Shown: positions 1-12,703 of the stretch, in pieces | Position numbering within the stretch: position 1 is the stretch's first letter | Layout of the letters: every line of letters starts with the position of its first letter | Origin: Eledone cirrhosa | Taxonomy: Eukaryota | Reading direction: 5' to 3' | Assembly: GCA_964016885.1 (NCBI GenBank) | Contig: OZ024743.1 | Location: 184,884,001 to 184,948,000, forward strand | DNA length: 64,000 nt | The notes under the pieces: generated by a model | Databases searched by the model: none | The model's input: only the letters and a program-made list of their open reading frames with translations | What the model was told of the DNA's origin: nothing | Program-made: the position numbers and the translations under genes

Positions 1-2790
1 TGGACGGGGGTATTCCCACTTGAGGCAAGAGTGATTGTCTTGCTCGCATAGGACTGTCTGGCAGGTTTTCTACAGTTGGATGCCCTTCCTAACACCAACC
101 ACATTTACAGTGTGGGTCTGGGAGGTTTTTACCGTGTTGCCTACACGGCCACATTACAGCGTGGCCTGTGTGTTTTTTTGTCGTGACACCTACACAATCT
201 CATTTGTTTCGGCCTGGATGGCGCGGCACCAGCATGATGGCGCGGCACCAACATAACTTTACATAGAACGGGGTGGTGTGGATGGGGTGGGGGTGGTGGG
301 ACGGGGTGTATTTTGTTAGAGATGCCTACTGGCTGTAGTAGGTTTTACTATGTATTTAGGTAAGGCGGGTCTTCTCTGTTACTGAGTACCGCCAAAGGTC
401 TCGGTCCAGTGACATTGTCTTGGAGAGGTGTAAGTGTGTGAGGTCGGAGTTTATCAGCTCGTCCCAGGTTTTTCTAGGTCTGCCTATTCCGTGGCTACCG
501 TCTATCTTTATTGCCCTGCACTTTGTTATACAGCTATCGACTTTCATGCGCATCACGTGTCCATACCAACGTAGCCTTCTCTCGAGTAAACAACATCTGA
601 TCCCTCTTATTTCTAATTTTTTCCTTAGTTTGTTTATGCTTTGCCGTTCACGTATATTACTATTACACATCCAGCGGAGCATGCAAGCTTCGTTCCTCTC
701 TAGTCTGCGTATATCCTCTGCACACAATGCCCAGGTCTTGCTGCCATGCAACATTGCTGTTTGTATGCAGGCATCATACAACCTGCCTTTCATTTTTAGG
801 GAGAACCCTTTAGCAGCTAATAGTGGTATAAGCTCTCTGAACTTTTTCCAACCAGTTCTGACTCTAGCTACTGTACTTTCAGAGCACCCTCCCCCACTGC
901 TGATTTTGTCGCCCAGGTAACGGAAGCTGTCCACTATTTCTATAGAACCCTCTGCGCAATTGAAAGAGCTAGTATTTTGTGGGCACTTGCTGCTACTTAT
1001 TGCACCAGAGCACCGGCCACATGTAAAATCTATGTTCTTAGTTAGCTTACCTGTGATCCCACTACATCTTTTATGCACCCATACTTTGCATTTGGGACAT
1101 AAAATGGAGTTTCTACCTACGCCTTTCCTACATACTGAGCATGGCCATTTCCCAGAAGGGACCGTCGCCTTATTTTCTTTCCTACAAACTAGAACTTTAG
1201 TCTTAGCCAGGTTAATTTTAAGTCCTTTTGATTCTAGGCCGTGCTTCCATGTTTGGAATTTCTTCTCTAGCTCGGCCATTGATTCAGCTATGAGTGTCAG
1301 GTCGTCTGCGTATAGGAGTTCCCATGGGCAGCCGGTCTTGAACTCCTCTGTTATAGCCTGAAGGGCAATAATAAATAGAACAGAGCCCTGATGGACGCCA
1401 ACTTTTACGCTAAACTCTTCACTATATTCGTTGTTAATTCTAACCTTGCTGACTGTTTCTTTATACATGGCTTGTATAGCTCTCACAAGCCATTCGTCAA
1501 CCCCTAGTTTTCTAAGAGCCCACCAGATAATGGAGCGGGGGACTCTGTCGAAGGCTTTCTCCAAGTCGACAAAAGCTAAGTAGAGGGGTTTACTTTTAGC
1601 TAGGTACTTCTCCTGTAGTTGTCGTACAATGAAAAGAGCGTCTGTGGTACTTTTGCCTGACACAAACCCAAACTGCATTTCATCTAGGTCAATTCTCTCT
1701 CTGATTAGTTGCGCTATTACTTTTTCCGTGACCTTCATGACCTGGTCGATTAATTTAATGCCTCTATAGTTACTCCTATCTAGGGCATCTCCTTTACCCT
1801 TATAACAGTTAACGATGATGCTGCTATGCCAGTCCTTCGGAACAACCCCATTCTGTACGACTTGTTTAACTATGCGGGTGACCATGGTGTGTCCCACCGT
1901 GCCAGATGCCTTCAGCATCTCAGCAACTATTTCCAAAGGCCCAGCCGCCTTACCCGTCTTCATATCCTTGATTGCCTTACTTATTATACTCCCCTCGACT
2001 AACACTGCTGGTCCCTCTATTGGGTCGATGTTGGGGAGACTGTCTTTCTCCCATTTATTCTCCTCATTTAGTAGCCTTTCATAGTGACACTTCCAAGCTA
2101 CCTTCTTATCAGCGTCGGTGATGGCAAGTATGCCATCATCGTTAAGTACACACTTCTCCCTGACAATATCACGGTTTTCCTTGACGCATTGCCTAGCAAT
2201 CCTGAACACCTCACGTATTGGTCCTCGCGTTGTAGAACATGCTTGAACTTTCTTTCCTCTGCTTCCCTTCTTGCGAAGTACACTTGTCTCCTAGCTTCCC
2301 TCCTGGCCACTTGATAGTCTTCTCTACTTCCCCCATCCCGCCATACTTTCCAGGCCTGCTTTTTGGCCTTAATTGACCCCTCCACCTTACTCTCTCCTCC
2401 TGCCTACAGGCCTGCTCCAGCCACAGACTTCGTCTGTCGCCATCAGCAGGTTTGCTTTCAGGAATTCCCACTGTTCCTCTATATTGTCCGACTCTAAATG
2501 CTCTTCCTTACTGTCGAAAGCATCAAGTAATATGCTTTGAAATTTATTTCTGGCTGTGGGGTCCTTTAGCTTCCATATTTTTCTCTTGAGGATAGTCCTC
2601 TTCTGCTGTCGAGTACGTCTCGTCCTGACCATGAGGTCGCTAATTATCAGTCTATGTTGGGAGGTGCATTCTTCATGGGGGAGGGATTTAGTGTTTACAA
2701 CAGACACTCTGTCACGTCTCTGGTAAGGATATAATCTACCTGGCTTGTGTGTTCCCCGGATCTATAGGTGATCAGGTGATTGTCACGTTT
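1..2790 (-). mobile_element. 5'-truncated RTE-clade LINE (end of APE endonuclease, RT, PHD-like Zn finger, C-terminal domain, 3' UTR running off the window edge)
   Basis: Minus-strand frames give APE C-terminal remnants (~2710-2790, HLITYRSGEHTSQVDYIL) followed by ORF pieces 2387-2707, 2211-2471 and 2098-2385, then the 617-aa RT ORF. The 3' UTR matches the copies at 24.9 kb and 62 kb. Confidence 0.93.
356..2209 (-). pseudogene. RTE reverse transcriptase ORF (617 aa uninterrupted portion), probably inactive
   Basis: Motifs NYRGIKL, QFGF, AFVDLEKAFDRV, GVHQGSVL, LLYADDL, FRYLG and RRLRWYGHV. Upstream frameshifts and a stop separate it from the APE domain. The usual SP residues after QGSVL are missing. 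Confidence 0.9.
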
Positions 2791-3079
2791 TTTGAAGTTT
2801 TTGAAATAAAATTTACAACTCACACCTATGCAGGTTTATTTGGGTTCCTACAAGATTGTGTCTGACAGGAGGTTTCCTGGGTGTTTAAATAATAGGGGCT
2901 TCAGTCCTATCATGAAAAGCAATGTAAAATGAAGTGCCTTGGTGAAGAACACAACATGACACCTGATTCAGGAACTGAAGCCCCGACTTTAAGAGTGTGA
3001 GTCCAACTCCTTAACCACTGTCCCTCAACATAGATTAGTGAATATATATATTTAGGTTTGTATTTGTGCCAACCCTTAC

Positions 3080-3500
3080 CTATGGTCATGAATCTTGGGT
3101 AATGACTGAAAGAATGCGATCATGAATACAAGTGGCCAAAATGGAGTTCCTCCGAAGGGTCTTTGTAGTAACATTACTCAATAGAGTGCAAAGATGGGAG
3201 ATCAGAGAATCACTCCAGGTAGAGCCGCTACTTCTCTGAATTGAGAGATCACAGCTCCGATACTATGGACATGTGGTTAGAATGTCTTAGGAAAGAATCG
3301 CTGGACAGATTTTATGGGAGAAACCAACCAGCAGGACACCCAGAGGTAGACCCCAAGCAAGATGGTTGAATAACATCCATGAGCTTGGCTGGTCTCAGTT
3401 GGAGGTGGTTGCTTCTGACATGACCTGCTGGAATGAGTGTTTGAGGACTCTGCTCCCATGACCCTCTCAGGAATAAGTGAGCGAAGAAGAAGGGGAGGAA
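3080..3500 (+). mobile_element. Degenerate 3' fragment of a second RTE-like family
   Basis: Translates to IERSQLRYYGHVVRM...RPRGRP-like RTE C-terminus. A related copy lies at 59454-59750. Confidence 0.65.
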
Positions 3501-4189
3501 GATTAGGAAACAAATGACTATAAAAAAAAAAAAGACAAACATTTTAAGGCCATTTTCCATACTAAAGCAAAGGTTAGCTATTTCTCTTCACACACACACA
3601 CACACACAGTTTAAGCTTAAACACTTTTTTAAATAGTTTATAAGCTCGACAGTACCATCTATTTGTCATACAGAAAATAAATAAATATACAAAAACAGCA
3701 AATATTTATGGTGGGCCAGAATTCATGACTTGCTTGTTAGTTATATTTCTTAACATGCTTATTTTATTGTTATTGTATTGTTTCAATTTATTATTTTATT
3801 TGTACCTTGTTCATGATCTTATGCCTGTATATAGCATTATATTCCTTAACATGTTTTATAACATTTTGTGTTAATAGATCTATAAATCAAGTGAGTCATG
3901 AATTCTGGCCCACCGTGTGCGTGTGTGCACATATCTATGTGTGTGTGTATTATATTTCAGAATTAGGATAGAATTAACATTATAATAAAATAGACGCTTT
4001 ACTAATACTTTTCTACAGTAATTAGCTAGTAGATTTTCCATGTAGGCTATACAAATGTACCAGCCAAGCATAAAACTGCTACTTCTAATTAAACATGCTA
4101 ATCAGATTTTTGATCAGAAAAAATATGAGGTTTTAAGTGACAAACAAGGTTAGTGTCAGACAATATATGAGGTTTTACGTAACAAATGA

Positions 4190-4812
4190 GGTCAGTGGCA
4201 AACAAAATGCCTTGCTCTATTTAGTTGCTTTACTCTACATTCTGAGTTCAAATCTTGCTGATATTAACTATGCTTTTCTTCCTTCAGGGAAAGGGAGAGA
4301 ATAAAAAGAAACAATACTTTCCCTTATTCCATATTGCTGGCCTTGTGCCTAAATTTGAAGTTATCACTATTATTATCAGGATTGGCAGTATCGGTAGAGC
4401 ATCTGACAACATACTTTGCAGCATATAGTTGCCTCCATTTATGTTCCGAGTTCAAATCCCGCCAAGGTTAGTGCCTTTCATCCTTATAGGGTCAATAAAG
4501 TAAAGTACCAGTAACATACTGGAGTTGACTTTCCTTTTCCCAAAAATTGTTGGCATTTTACCTAAATCAGAAACAATTATTATCATCATCACTGAAGGCG
4601 ATGGTTTGGGAAAATTGTTTGAGCAATGAACGGAATGCATTGCAATATTCAGTTACATCTCTATGTTCTGAGTTCAAACCCCACCGAGGTCAACTTTTCC
4701 TTTCATCTGAGGTTAATAAAATAAAGTAACAGCCAAGGACTGGGGTAGATATAATTTACTTTCCCTTCTAAAATTGTTGGTCTTGTGCCAAAATTAAAAA
4801 TCATTATTATCG
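4190..4812 (+). mobile_element. Three tandem tRNA-derived SINEs with a Nin/Deu-like central domain
   Basis: Repeated B-box GAGTTCAAATC followed by GCCTTTCATCCTT...GTCAATAAA...GTACCAG and an ATT-rich tail. Confidence 0.75.
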
Positions 4813-4815
4813 TTA

Positions 4816-5847
4816 TCTATATATATAAAACTGATGTGTGTGTGTCCTCATTTTTGCAAAGTCTATACAAATCCACATTTCTACTCCGATTGACTTTAAA
4901 CTTGCATTTATAAATTCCTTGCGGTCTAAAGATATTAACTGCAGCTTTTATTTTTCAATTTTCTGTTGTTAAAGGGGTGTTAGGCGCCGGTTATCCATCT
5001 CCGTAGCGCCCTTATAATAACTGTCTGTATGCCTGGCTGTCTGCATTATGACATTGACGAACATTGATGACGTATTATGTTCGCTATTATCCAAAGTATC
5101 GTCTTCCTGTTTTCCTTCGGTTGCAACGTTTTTCAAAATATTTACTTCTGCGTTCACAGATTGAAGTTTTTAGTTTCAGAAGATCCCGTTAAGGGTGAAA
5201 GCAACGATTCTTTGCTTAAACTTTAATCTGTTATTTTAATCTATATATGTATAAAACTGAGGAAGGATGTATGTATGTATGTGTGTGTGAAACTCGAGAA
5301 GTACCCAACCGATCTTTTTCAAACTTTACATGTGTATTACTTATATTTCAGGGAGTGTTATGCACATAAAAAATTTAACTTTGGGCCTGCATTATGTGAA
5401 AAACTGCGTTTCTTCCAGCTTTTTAGGGTTTTTTTGAGGCGTTACGTCAGTTACAATTTCAAGGAAATCGGTCTATGTATTAGTCAGTCTCTGCTTCATA
5501 CCATGAGCAAAGAAAATCCAACTTTTTTATGGCCTAGTGCCCGCATTAGGTGAAATACTTCATTTTTTTCAGCTTTTTAGGGCTATTTTGAGGCGTTACA
5601 TCTAGCCAATTTTCCCAAATTTCAAGACATATTATGCACATAAAAAAATTCATTTCTTGATCCCCATTAGGTGAAAACCTGCTTTTTCCTGCTTCATCGA
5701 GGAAAATCTTAGATTATCCAGCCATCAGAGTATTCGGTTTATTTTCTTTACATATTGTCCAGGCATGCAGTTTTTCCACGATTAGGTCTGTTGGTGGCCC
5801 GCGTTCCAAAATACCTTTTCCCGTGCAACGCCGGGTACCACTGCTAG
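4816..5847 (+). mobile_element. Non-autonomous Helitron-like element, copy 1
   Basis: 5' A|TCTATATATATAAAA, subterminal hairpin CCCGTGCAACGCCGGG, 3' CTAG|T, no TSD. A closely similar copy is at 41656-42760. Confidence 0.85.
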
Positions 5848-6147
5848 TCACAGCTAAAAATCATTGCTTTATTTCTTAGCGTAATTTACTGTATCAAGGT
5901 ATTATGTTTAAGAGTATAGCGTAGCCAATCGATCATAAATCTACCTGATCCCTACACACGTTAGTACTTACACAACACCAGTGATAAATGTCTTTACATT
6001 TTGTTGTGTTGAGCGATTTATACCAGTCACCCCCACCACCATCATTCTTTAAGTACAGCTAGAGTAAAAAAAAATGTTTTTCCACTGGGAATATGAAGAA
6101 GACTTTGTGAATAGAGGTGTCAGCTGTTTTAGCCAATAAAGAGGTGT

Positions 6148-6255
6148 TTGTGTGTATGTGGAAAGAAGTGTGGTGTGTGTATGTGGAAAGAAGTGTGGTG
6201 TGTGTATGTGGAAAGAAGTGTGGTGTGTGTATGTGGAAAGAAGTGTGGTGTATGT
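6148..6255 (+). repeat. 25-bp minisatellite, about 4 copies
   Basis: Unit TGTGTATGTGGAAAGAAGTGTGGTG repeated in tandem. Confidence 0.9.
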
Positions 6256-6277
6256 ATGCTTATATATGTTCATGTGT

Positions 6278-6564
6278 CAGGAATCCCCAAACTTTTTAAA
6301 CTATCAGCCCTTTCATGGAATTTTTGACCCTCATTGACCACCAGGCATATACAAAAAATAAATAAGTAAATAAATAAATATAAAATAGACAATAACTAAT
6401 TATATATAAATCAGAACATGCATAAGCAAGTTGTATTTTATTGTATCATTTTATATATTGTTCATTTCTTACATGAATGTCAGGTTTTGACCCAAAAGTT
6501 TAATTGGCCCATGGGTAGTCCCATTGACCTCTGGGGTTGATATTGACCACTTTGGGGACCATTG
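6278..6564. mobile_element. Degenerate hAT-like MITE
   Basis: Imperfect TIRs CAGGAATCCCCAAAC / CTTTGGGGACCATTG. Related sequence occurs in reverse at ~62390-62505. Confidence 0.4.
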
Positions 6565-7389
6565 TGCTAAGGATACTTCTAATCAAAATTTATAAATATA
6601 GTTTGTAGTTATAAAAACTCACTAAACAAATTAACTCTCTAAAGTAAATAACGTTTGCTTGGTATGATATAGTCCCATAACTTCTGATGGAGTCGTAGGG
6701 GCGTCACTGACATACAAAGTTTCTTGGGCATTTTAAGCCTGGCAGAGTCCATCTCTCTCCAGGTCTGAACACAGCAGATTTCTTCCAGAAAAGGAGAGAA
6801 AGTGAGAAAGTGATATAGAGGTAGAATCTACCCCAGTACTAGACTGGTACGTGTTTTAAAATTGACCTTGAAAGGATGAAAGGCAAAGTTGACCTCGGCG
6901 TTTATATAATGTTAATCAAATTTTAACATACCGTAATTATTTTTCTTTATAATATGCTTTAAAGAAATAGTATAAGGGAGATAATTCAAAAAGTGTTACA
7001 ATTCAAGACGCATTTAATACACTAACAGTGTATTGTAACTAGTTGAGTAGTGATTCACATTTACCCAAGTTGTTTTTAGAAAGAAAAGGAGATATAGCTT
7101 ATTGAATTAGTGCCAAAATAGTAATAATACTTAATTCAACAACTGAAGGTGAAGATAATAATGTCGTGTGTAGTATAAAAAACACTGTAATCCAGCAATC
7201 TAATGAGACACTAGCCCATATATTCAAAATGTCTAATATCATGACAAAAAAGAATAAAAAAGATGTGAGAAATAGGGAGGGGGTAAACTCTACCTTTAGC
7301 TGGATGATATATCTCAGCTAAGCTCTGTGGATAAAATGATGAAAGCGTTACTATGGAAAACAACTAGCAATACCTATTGCATCACCAAT

Positions 7390-7720
7390 TCTACCTCATG
7401 GGGTGCCTTCCTCAGGCATGATGTTATCATCCTGATAAGGCATTATTCCCATTATCATGTGCAATTCTTTGTTTGTCTTCCTCTCTCTGAGCAACACTCT
7501 GCTCATCCACTGAATCATTTTCATTTTTGTCCTTTCCAACTTCCTCTCCTGATCCATGTTCATCATCCATGTCTTACTACCATAAATCATACCACTTGTT
7601 ACACATGCAGCATTCACCTTTCCTTTCAGTTTCTGAGATGCCTCCCTCCTCATTAGCACACCACTGAATTTTCTGAACTTCTTTCACATGCATCTCACTC
7701 TGAAAAATGCTTGCATCTAT
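7390..7720 (-). mobile_element. Old RTE C-terminal fragment
   Basis: Minus ORF LKGKVNAACVTSGMIYGSKTW...LERTKMKMIQWM resembles the RTE C-terminal region. Confidence 0.65.
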
Positions 7721-8844
7721 ATATTTCTATACTTACTAAGTACTGTAAAGGATGATGACATTTTTGTGAAAATATTTTTTCTTGTGTTTTCTGTTATTTA
7801 TCTCTAGCAGATCCTTCCTCTCATATTGTTGGCATTATCTATCACTTGCCATTTCCATTAACTATGTGAAACAAGTCATTCTAATCCACATGCCCCACAC
7901 TGCACTAAGAACATTGTCCTCTTTAAAAATAACATTTGCATTTTTTTTAAATCATCATTTATCATCAAATGTTCTCTAAGAAATGTAAAATAAATTTTAA
8001 AAATCAAAACAAAAGTGTTGGGAAAATACTGATAAGTTTGAAATAATCTATGTTGATGGAAATAGTTAGTACTTTTCATTTTTATGCTTTCATATTTTAA
8101 TTAAATGTTTTTTTTAATTATCAAAAAGAAAAAAACTTTGAAACATTTGGACTATTTTTATTGAGGGAAAAGATAGTTAATAAAAAAAAAAGAAGAAATG
8201 GAAAGATTTATGTTATTGCCAGAAGCATTTGGACACTAAGTCTTGTATTTATTCTGGTTCCTTGTGGTTTGACTATAAATCTTGGTGGGATCAAGTCTTT
8301 CTTTCTTCCTTCTGGGAGCTGATAAATAAAGCACCAATCTAGAGTAGTGTATTGGTGGAATAATTAGAGCATAGGACAGGATGCCTTGCAGTATTTATTT
8401 CCAGCTCATAGCAGTCTGAGTTCAGATCCTGCTGTGGCTTAATTAGGTGGTAGTAGACTTAATCCATAACCTGGTTTAATATTTCCCACCTGGCCCTTGG
8501 CTGCTTTTATTGGAGTCCACTGTTAGCATTTGGAGCCAGGTCTGAAGCTTTAGGATATTTTCCTCCCTCCCTCTCTCCCATCAGCCATGGAAGACCTGAC
8601 TAACCAATTAAAACAAATTAAGTAAAAAAAAAACACACAAAAAAACATGGTACAAGTCTAACTGAAGAAACAATGTAACAATGTAACAGTAATAACTCAT
8701 CCATAAAAATCAAAATGAAAAGAAGGCAATTGTGATTAAAATACAGATATAAAAGTTTAGGGAAACACAACAGTGAAAATGGTAAAATAATATTACTATA
8801 GAGCAAATAAATTAATCAATTATCAAGAATACATCTATATATAT

Positions 8845-8847
<3 letters not shown>

Positions 8848-8922
<75 letters not shown>
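8848..8922. repeat. (GA)n microsatellite
   Basis: Direct inspection. Confidence 0.98.
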
Positions 8923-8924
<2 letters not shown>

Positions 8925-9248
8925 ATGCATGTTTGGTAAACCAAAAGATTTGCAATAACAACATTTGTCTCATTCACCCCATTTATTGCAGTCATAATAG
9001 CTTAAAAGTAATCATCTCTCTACATTATATACATACATACCTATATATATATATATATATGTAGATAAATCTACCAAAAATTTACAGTAGTGTCCAATCC
9101 GTATGAAGAACTCAATGTAATCCGGATATCATGAAAAGAGAAGATGCATTCAAAAACTATTTTCGGTGAAAATTAACGGAAAACAGAGTCAAGATAAATT
9201 AATAAAGTAATGAATAAACAAAGAAACAGTTCCTTATATTAAAAAAAT

Positions 9249-9390
9249 TCATCATTTTACGATCGTTTCTAGGATATATATGTGTTAGTGTTGGTATGCA
9301 CATTCTATAGATCTATGTAAAATATTTATACAAACTATCAGAGGGAATATACATACCTACACATATATATGCTGTCTTCAGAAATAATGA
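9249..9390 (-). ncRNA. Type I hammerhead ribozyme with long stem II (mirror of 15792-15933)
   Basis: Minus strand reads TCATTATTT-CTGAAGA-[105-nt hairpin]-GAAA-CGATCG-TA-AAATGATGA. Confidence 0.8.
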
Positions 9391-10430
9391 TATTTGTTTA
9401 TTGAAAAAAACAAAGATTTAATACAATAGGTCTGTTTGGGAACAGGTTTTGAATTGACCAATAGAAAGATTGTGAAGGTCAAGATAGTAATATAGTAGTA
9501 GAAGAACCTTAAATTATGGGTAGAGGAAGGTAGATTTCAGTTTTGGATGGAAAAGAATATTATGAATGAAAGATTATTTTAGGGATGAAAATAGGTTGTA
9601 TGCTGACCTCAGAAATAATTATTTGTTCATTGAATAAAACCAACAAAGATTTGATATAGTCTGTCTGTTTGGTAACAGGTTTAGAATTAACCAATAGAAA
9701 GTTAATAATTGGCCAAATGGTAAAATAGTAGTAATTGAAGTTTATTTTAGGGGTAGATGAAGGTAGATTTCAGTTTTGAATGGAGTGTGAAGAATGAGAA
9801 GGTTATTTTAGGGGTGAAAATAGGTCAGGTCAGTAAAAGGTATACGAACAGTTGCTGTTATAAAATAGTAATGCCAATGCAAATATCTAAGGAGACTAAA
9901 ATTTTACGATAAGAGTGTTAGTGAAAAAAATACATCCATGAAAAGAATATAAATTAATTTAATTGATGGGTATATTTATATTGATAAAATTATACTAATG
10001 CATATAGATATGATAAATAAGAGTTAGATGTAGTTGAAGAGTGCTGTTAAAGATGAGGGGAAATTAAGAGAATATAAAAATAATATATATATATATATAC
10101 ACATATATACACACACATACATACACACATATATATATATATATATATATACATACACACATACATACAAATATATATACACATATACATACATACAATA
10201 TAATTATTGGGGGGGGGGAGTTAAATTTATAATAAATATATAGAGATTTCAAGGAACATAGAGACATAACCTGAAATTAAAGCATTATAAATGTTTACTT
10301 AATGGTATCAGTTTTAGGAAATGATAGTTGTAAGAAGGAAAGTAAAATTATGTAGTTCATCAGTAGTAGAATATTAATTATAGGTTAACTAAATTAAAAA
10401 CAGTTTATATATTAATCTCTAAGATGTATA

Positions 10431-12479
10431 TTAATTAGGTTTATAATATTTAAAGGTTTTTCTCAGTTTGTGATTACACGATATTATTAATTCCTGTCGC
10501 TTATTTAATAGGATATCCTTAGATTTCATTATTTCAAAAAGTTCTTGGGAACATAATCTACATTCATATCTATTATTTTGATAAGGGGTGGCCCTTTTGA
10601 GCACACTCCAGGTCAGGTCATAATCTATATTCCTCTTTCTATAATTATTGATTATTTCAGCTAGAGATGTTGTATTAGCTAGTGCGGCATTTTTAAAGCT
10701 ATGTTTGTGGGTATTAAATCTTACCTTAAATTTGTTAGAGGTAGCTCCTATATATGAATAAATTGAGTCTTTAGTGTTAACTTTACATTTATATACTATG
10801 TTATTAACAAGGCAATTACCTTTTAATGGGCAGTTTGCCTTGTTTCTACAGTTACAACTTTTTGTGAATCCTGTATCCGAGGAGATATTATGGTTAGTTT
10901 GATGTACTGGTGGTATACTCATGGTTTTTTTAAATTTATATGCATTGTAGGCACTTATATTTTGTTTTATGTTTTTGGTTGTTGAGTAGGAGAATTTAAC
11001 CGTTGATCTATTTAAAATTTGATGGTATTTGTGGTTTGGCGGGAAGTTCTTCTCTAGGATATTAAAGAATTTTTTAGGTATATTATCCTTAATTTGTAAA
11101 TTAAATGGAGCATTATACCAAGTAACTCGTCTATTACGGTTTCGATGTTGTTTATTGTTTTTATAGGATGTATCCTGATGTTTATTAAGAGAATTATTGT
11201 TAATGACTTCACCACACACATTTTTAGTTAGATTTATTGATTTAGGTGTTTTAGCTTGTTTATTAGGAGTTTTATTATTACCATTTATTAGAGTTGTAGG
11301 ATGAGTGGTTTTTTGAGAGTTACTATATTGTATATTAGAAGAGTTAGAGAAATTTGGTTTTATGTTGGTATTTTGGGGTATAGTGTGAGTGGCATTTAGG
11401 TGTGTATGTTTCATTTGGTGTTTGTTGGTAATAGTAGGTTGTGTGTTTGTAGTGTTTTTGGTACAAGGTATATATACTAATTTATTTTTGTGGCCACTTC
11501 TAGCTAGAGCTTCATTATAAAAGGTTGCATTTTTATCAAATACATCCTGGTTAGACGAAAGGTTAGAAATTCTAAGTGATATATTATATGCAAGGTTTTT
11601 AAGGATAGATTTAGGGTGATTAGATTGTGAGTGTATGTAGTGTAAATTTGGGTTAGGTTTATGGTAAGGTTGGTAGATACCCGTAGATAAGTCTAATGTT
11701 ATATCAAGGAAATTAACTACTTTACTTGTGTTTTCAAATGTAATATCTAGACTATAATAGTCTTTAAGGAAAGTTCTAATAAGCTTTTTATTTTTTTCTA
11801 TCTCTGAAAGGCTAAGGTTATTGGAAAGAAGAAGACAGTCGTCACGATATAAACCACCTTTAAGGTGGGGAAAGGAAGCATTTATGTTGAAAAGAAGAAA
11901 GAGGCCCACAAGATCAGTAATTTGGGCAGAATCACTTGAGCCCATAGTAATATCGAATAGATTACTATATGTGTTTCTGGTCCAGTATTCATTTTGAAAT
12001 TCCAATAGTGTTAGTCTGGCATGTGTAATAATATTAATGTCATCCAAAGTTAAGTTAGATCTATTTTTAGCAAATATCAAGGCTTTGTTCAGGAGTATAG
12101 GTGATATAGAAGAATAATAATTATCTATATCAAATTGTAGAAATGAAGCAGAGGATCTATTTCTAATATTATTAAACCAGTTAATTACCTGGGATGTGTT
12201 TTCCCAGAGTGGTAAATTAACATGTTTTCTTAGTTGTGGGATGACTCTATCTAAAATTTTTTTACTAATGATTCCAATATCAGATTTGGAAGGGCATATA
12301 AGCCTTATAGAAGGATTAGAGTTAAAGTTAGATTTATGATCTTTCAGGTTGAAATGTGGTCTTTTCAGTGCCAAAGGTTCAGTTCTATCTTCAATATTAA
12401 GTCTATTCACTATGTTGTGTGTTTTGTTGAATCTAAAAAAATCCATGTCCACTCGGACAAAACTGGAAATCTGTATCAC
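10431..12479 (-). CDS. PLE polyprotein: RT + CxCx5C linker + C-terminal GIY-YIG endonuclease (682 aa; first ~17 aa are an inversion artefact, N-terminally truncated)
   Basis: Motifs LKDHK...P.IRLI, FDIDNYYSSI, ITMGSSDS, LYRDD, VNFLDITL, YIHSQSNHP, CNCRNKANCPL, IVYKC...YIGAT...RFNTH and CRLC..E...LLNKRQE. Confidence 0.9.
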   Translation of the reverse strand: MIQISSFVRVDMDFFRFNKTHNIVNRLNIEDRTEPLALKRPHFNLKDHKSNFNSNPSIRLICPSKSDIGIISKKILDRVIPQLRKHVNLPLWENTSQVINWFNNIRNRSSASFLQFDIDNYYSSISPILLNKALIFAKNRSNLTLDDINIITHARLTLLEFQNEYWTRNTYSNLFDITMGSSDSAQITDLVGLFLLFNINASFPHLKGGLYRDDCLLLSNNLSLSEIEKNKKLIRTFLKDYYSLDITFENTSKVVNFLDITLDLSTGIYQPYHKPNPNLHYIHSQSNHPKSILKNLAYNISLRISNLSSNQDVFDKNATFYNEALARSGHKNKLVYIPCTKNTTNTQPTITNKHQMKHTHLNATHTIPQNTNIKPNFSNSSNIQYSNSQKTTHPTTLINGNNKTPNKQAKTPKSINLTKNVCGEVINNNSLNKHQDTSYKNNKQHRNRNRRVTWYNAPFNLQIKDNIPKKFFNILEKNFPPNHKYHQILNRSTVKFSYSTTKNIKQNISAYNAYKFKKTMSIPPVHQTNHNISSDTGFTKSCNCRNKANCPLKGNCLVNNIVYKCKVNTKDSIYSYIGATSNKFKVRFNTHKHSFKNAALANTTSLAEIINNYRKRNIDYDLTWSVLKRATPYQNNRYECRLCSQELFEIMKSKDILLNKRQELIISCNHKLRKTFKYYKPN

Positions 12480-12703
12480 ATGGATATTGAAAATTACAAT
12501 GAGTTCATATATAAAGAACTCAGGAAGAGTTATAGAAAAACAAACAATGCGTCACTTACCAACATCAACAACAAAACACACAACAGTCTATTCACTATGT
12601 TGTGTGTTTTGTTGTTGATGTTGGTAAGTGACGCATTGTTTGTTTTTCTATAACTCTTCCTGAGTTCTTTATATATGAACTCATTGTAATTTTCAATATC
12701 CAT

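Larger units (their letters stand above)
9061..12585 (-). mobile_element. Penelope-like retroelement, left arm of giant palindrome (Hydra-clade-like)
   Basis: RT plus GIY-YIG ORF, long 3' region with a hammerhead, ending next to (TA)n at 9042-9060. It is the reverse complement of 12598-15988, with ~130 extra bp at 9061-9193. Confidence 0.92.

Noticed and set aside
420-2314. Plus-strand ORFs of 76-166 aa over the RTE element
   Set aside because: They are antisense shadows of the RT ORF.
6148-6255. Regular 25-bp repeats as a possible CRISPR array
   Set aside because: The units are contiguous with no unique spacers, there are no cas genes, and the context is eukaryotic. The same applies to the ~32-bp repeats at 19.4-19.9 kb.
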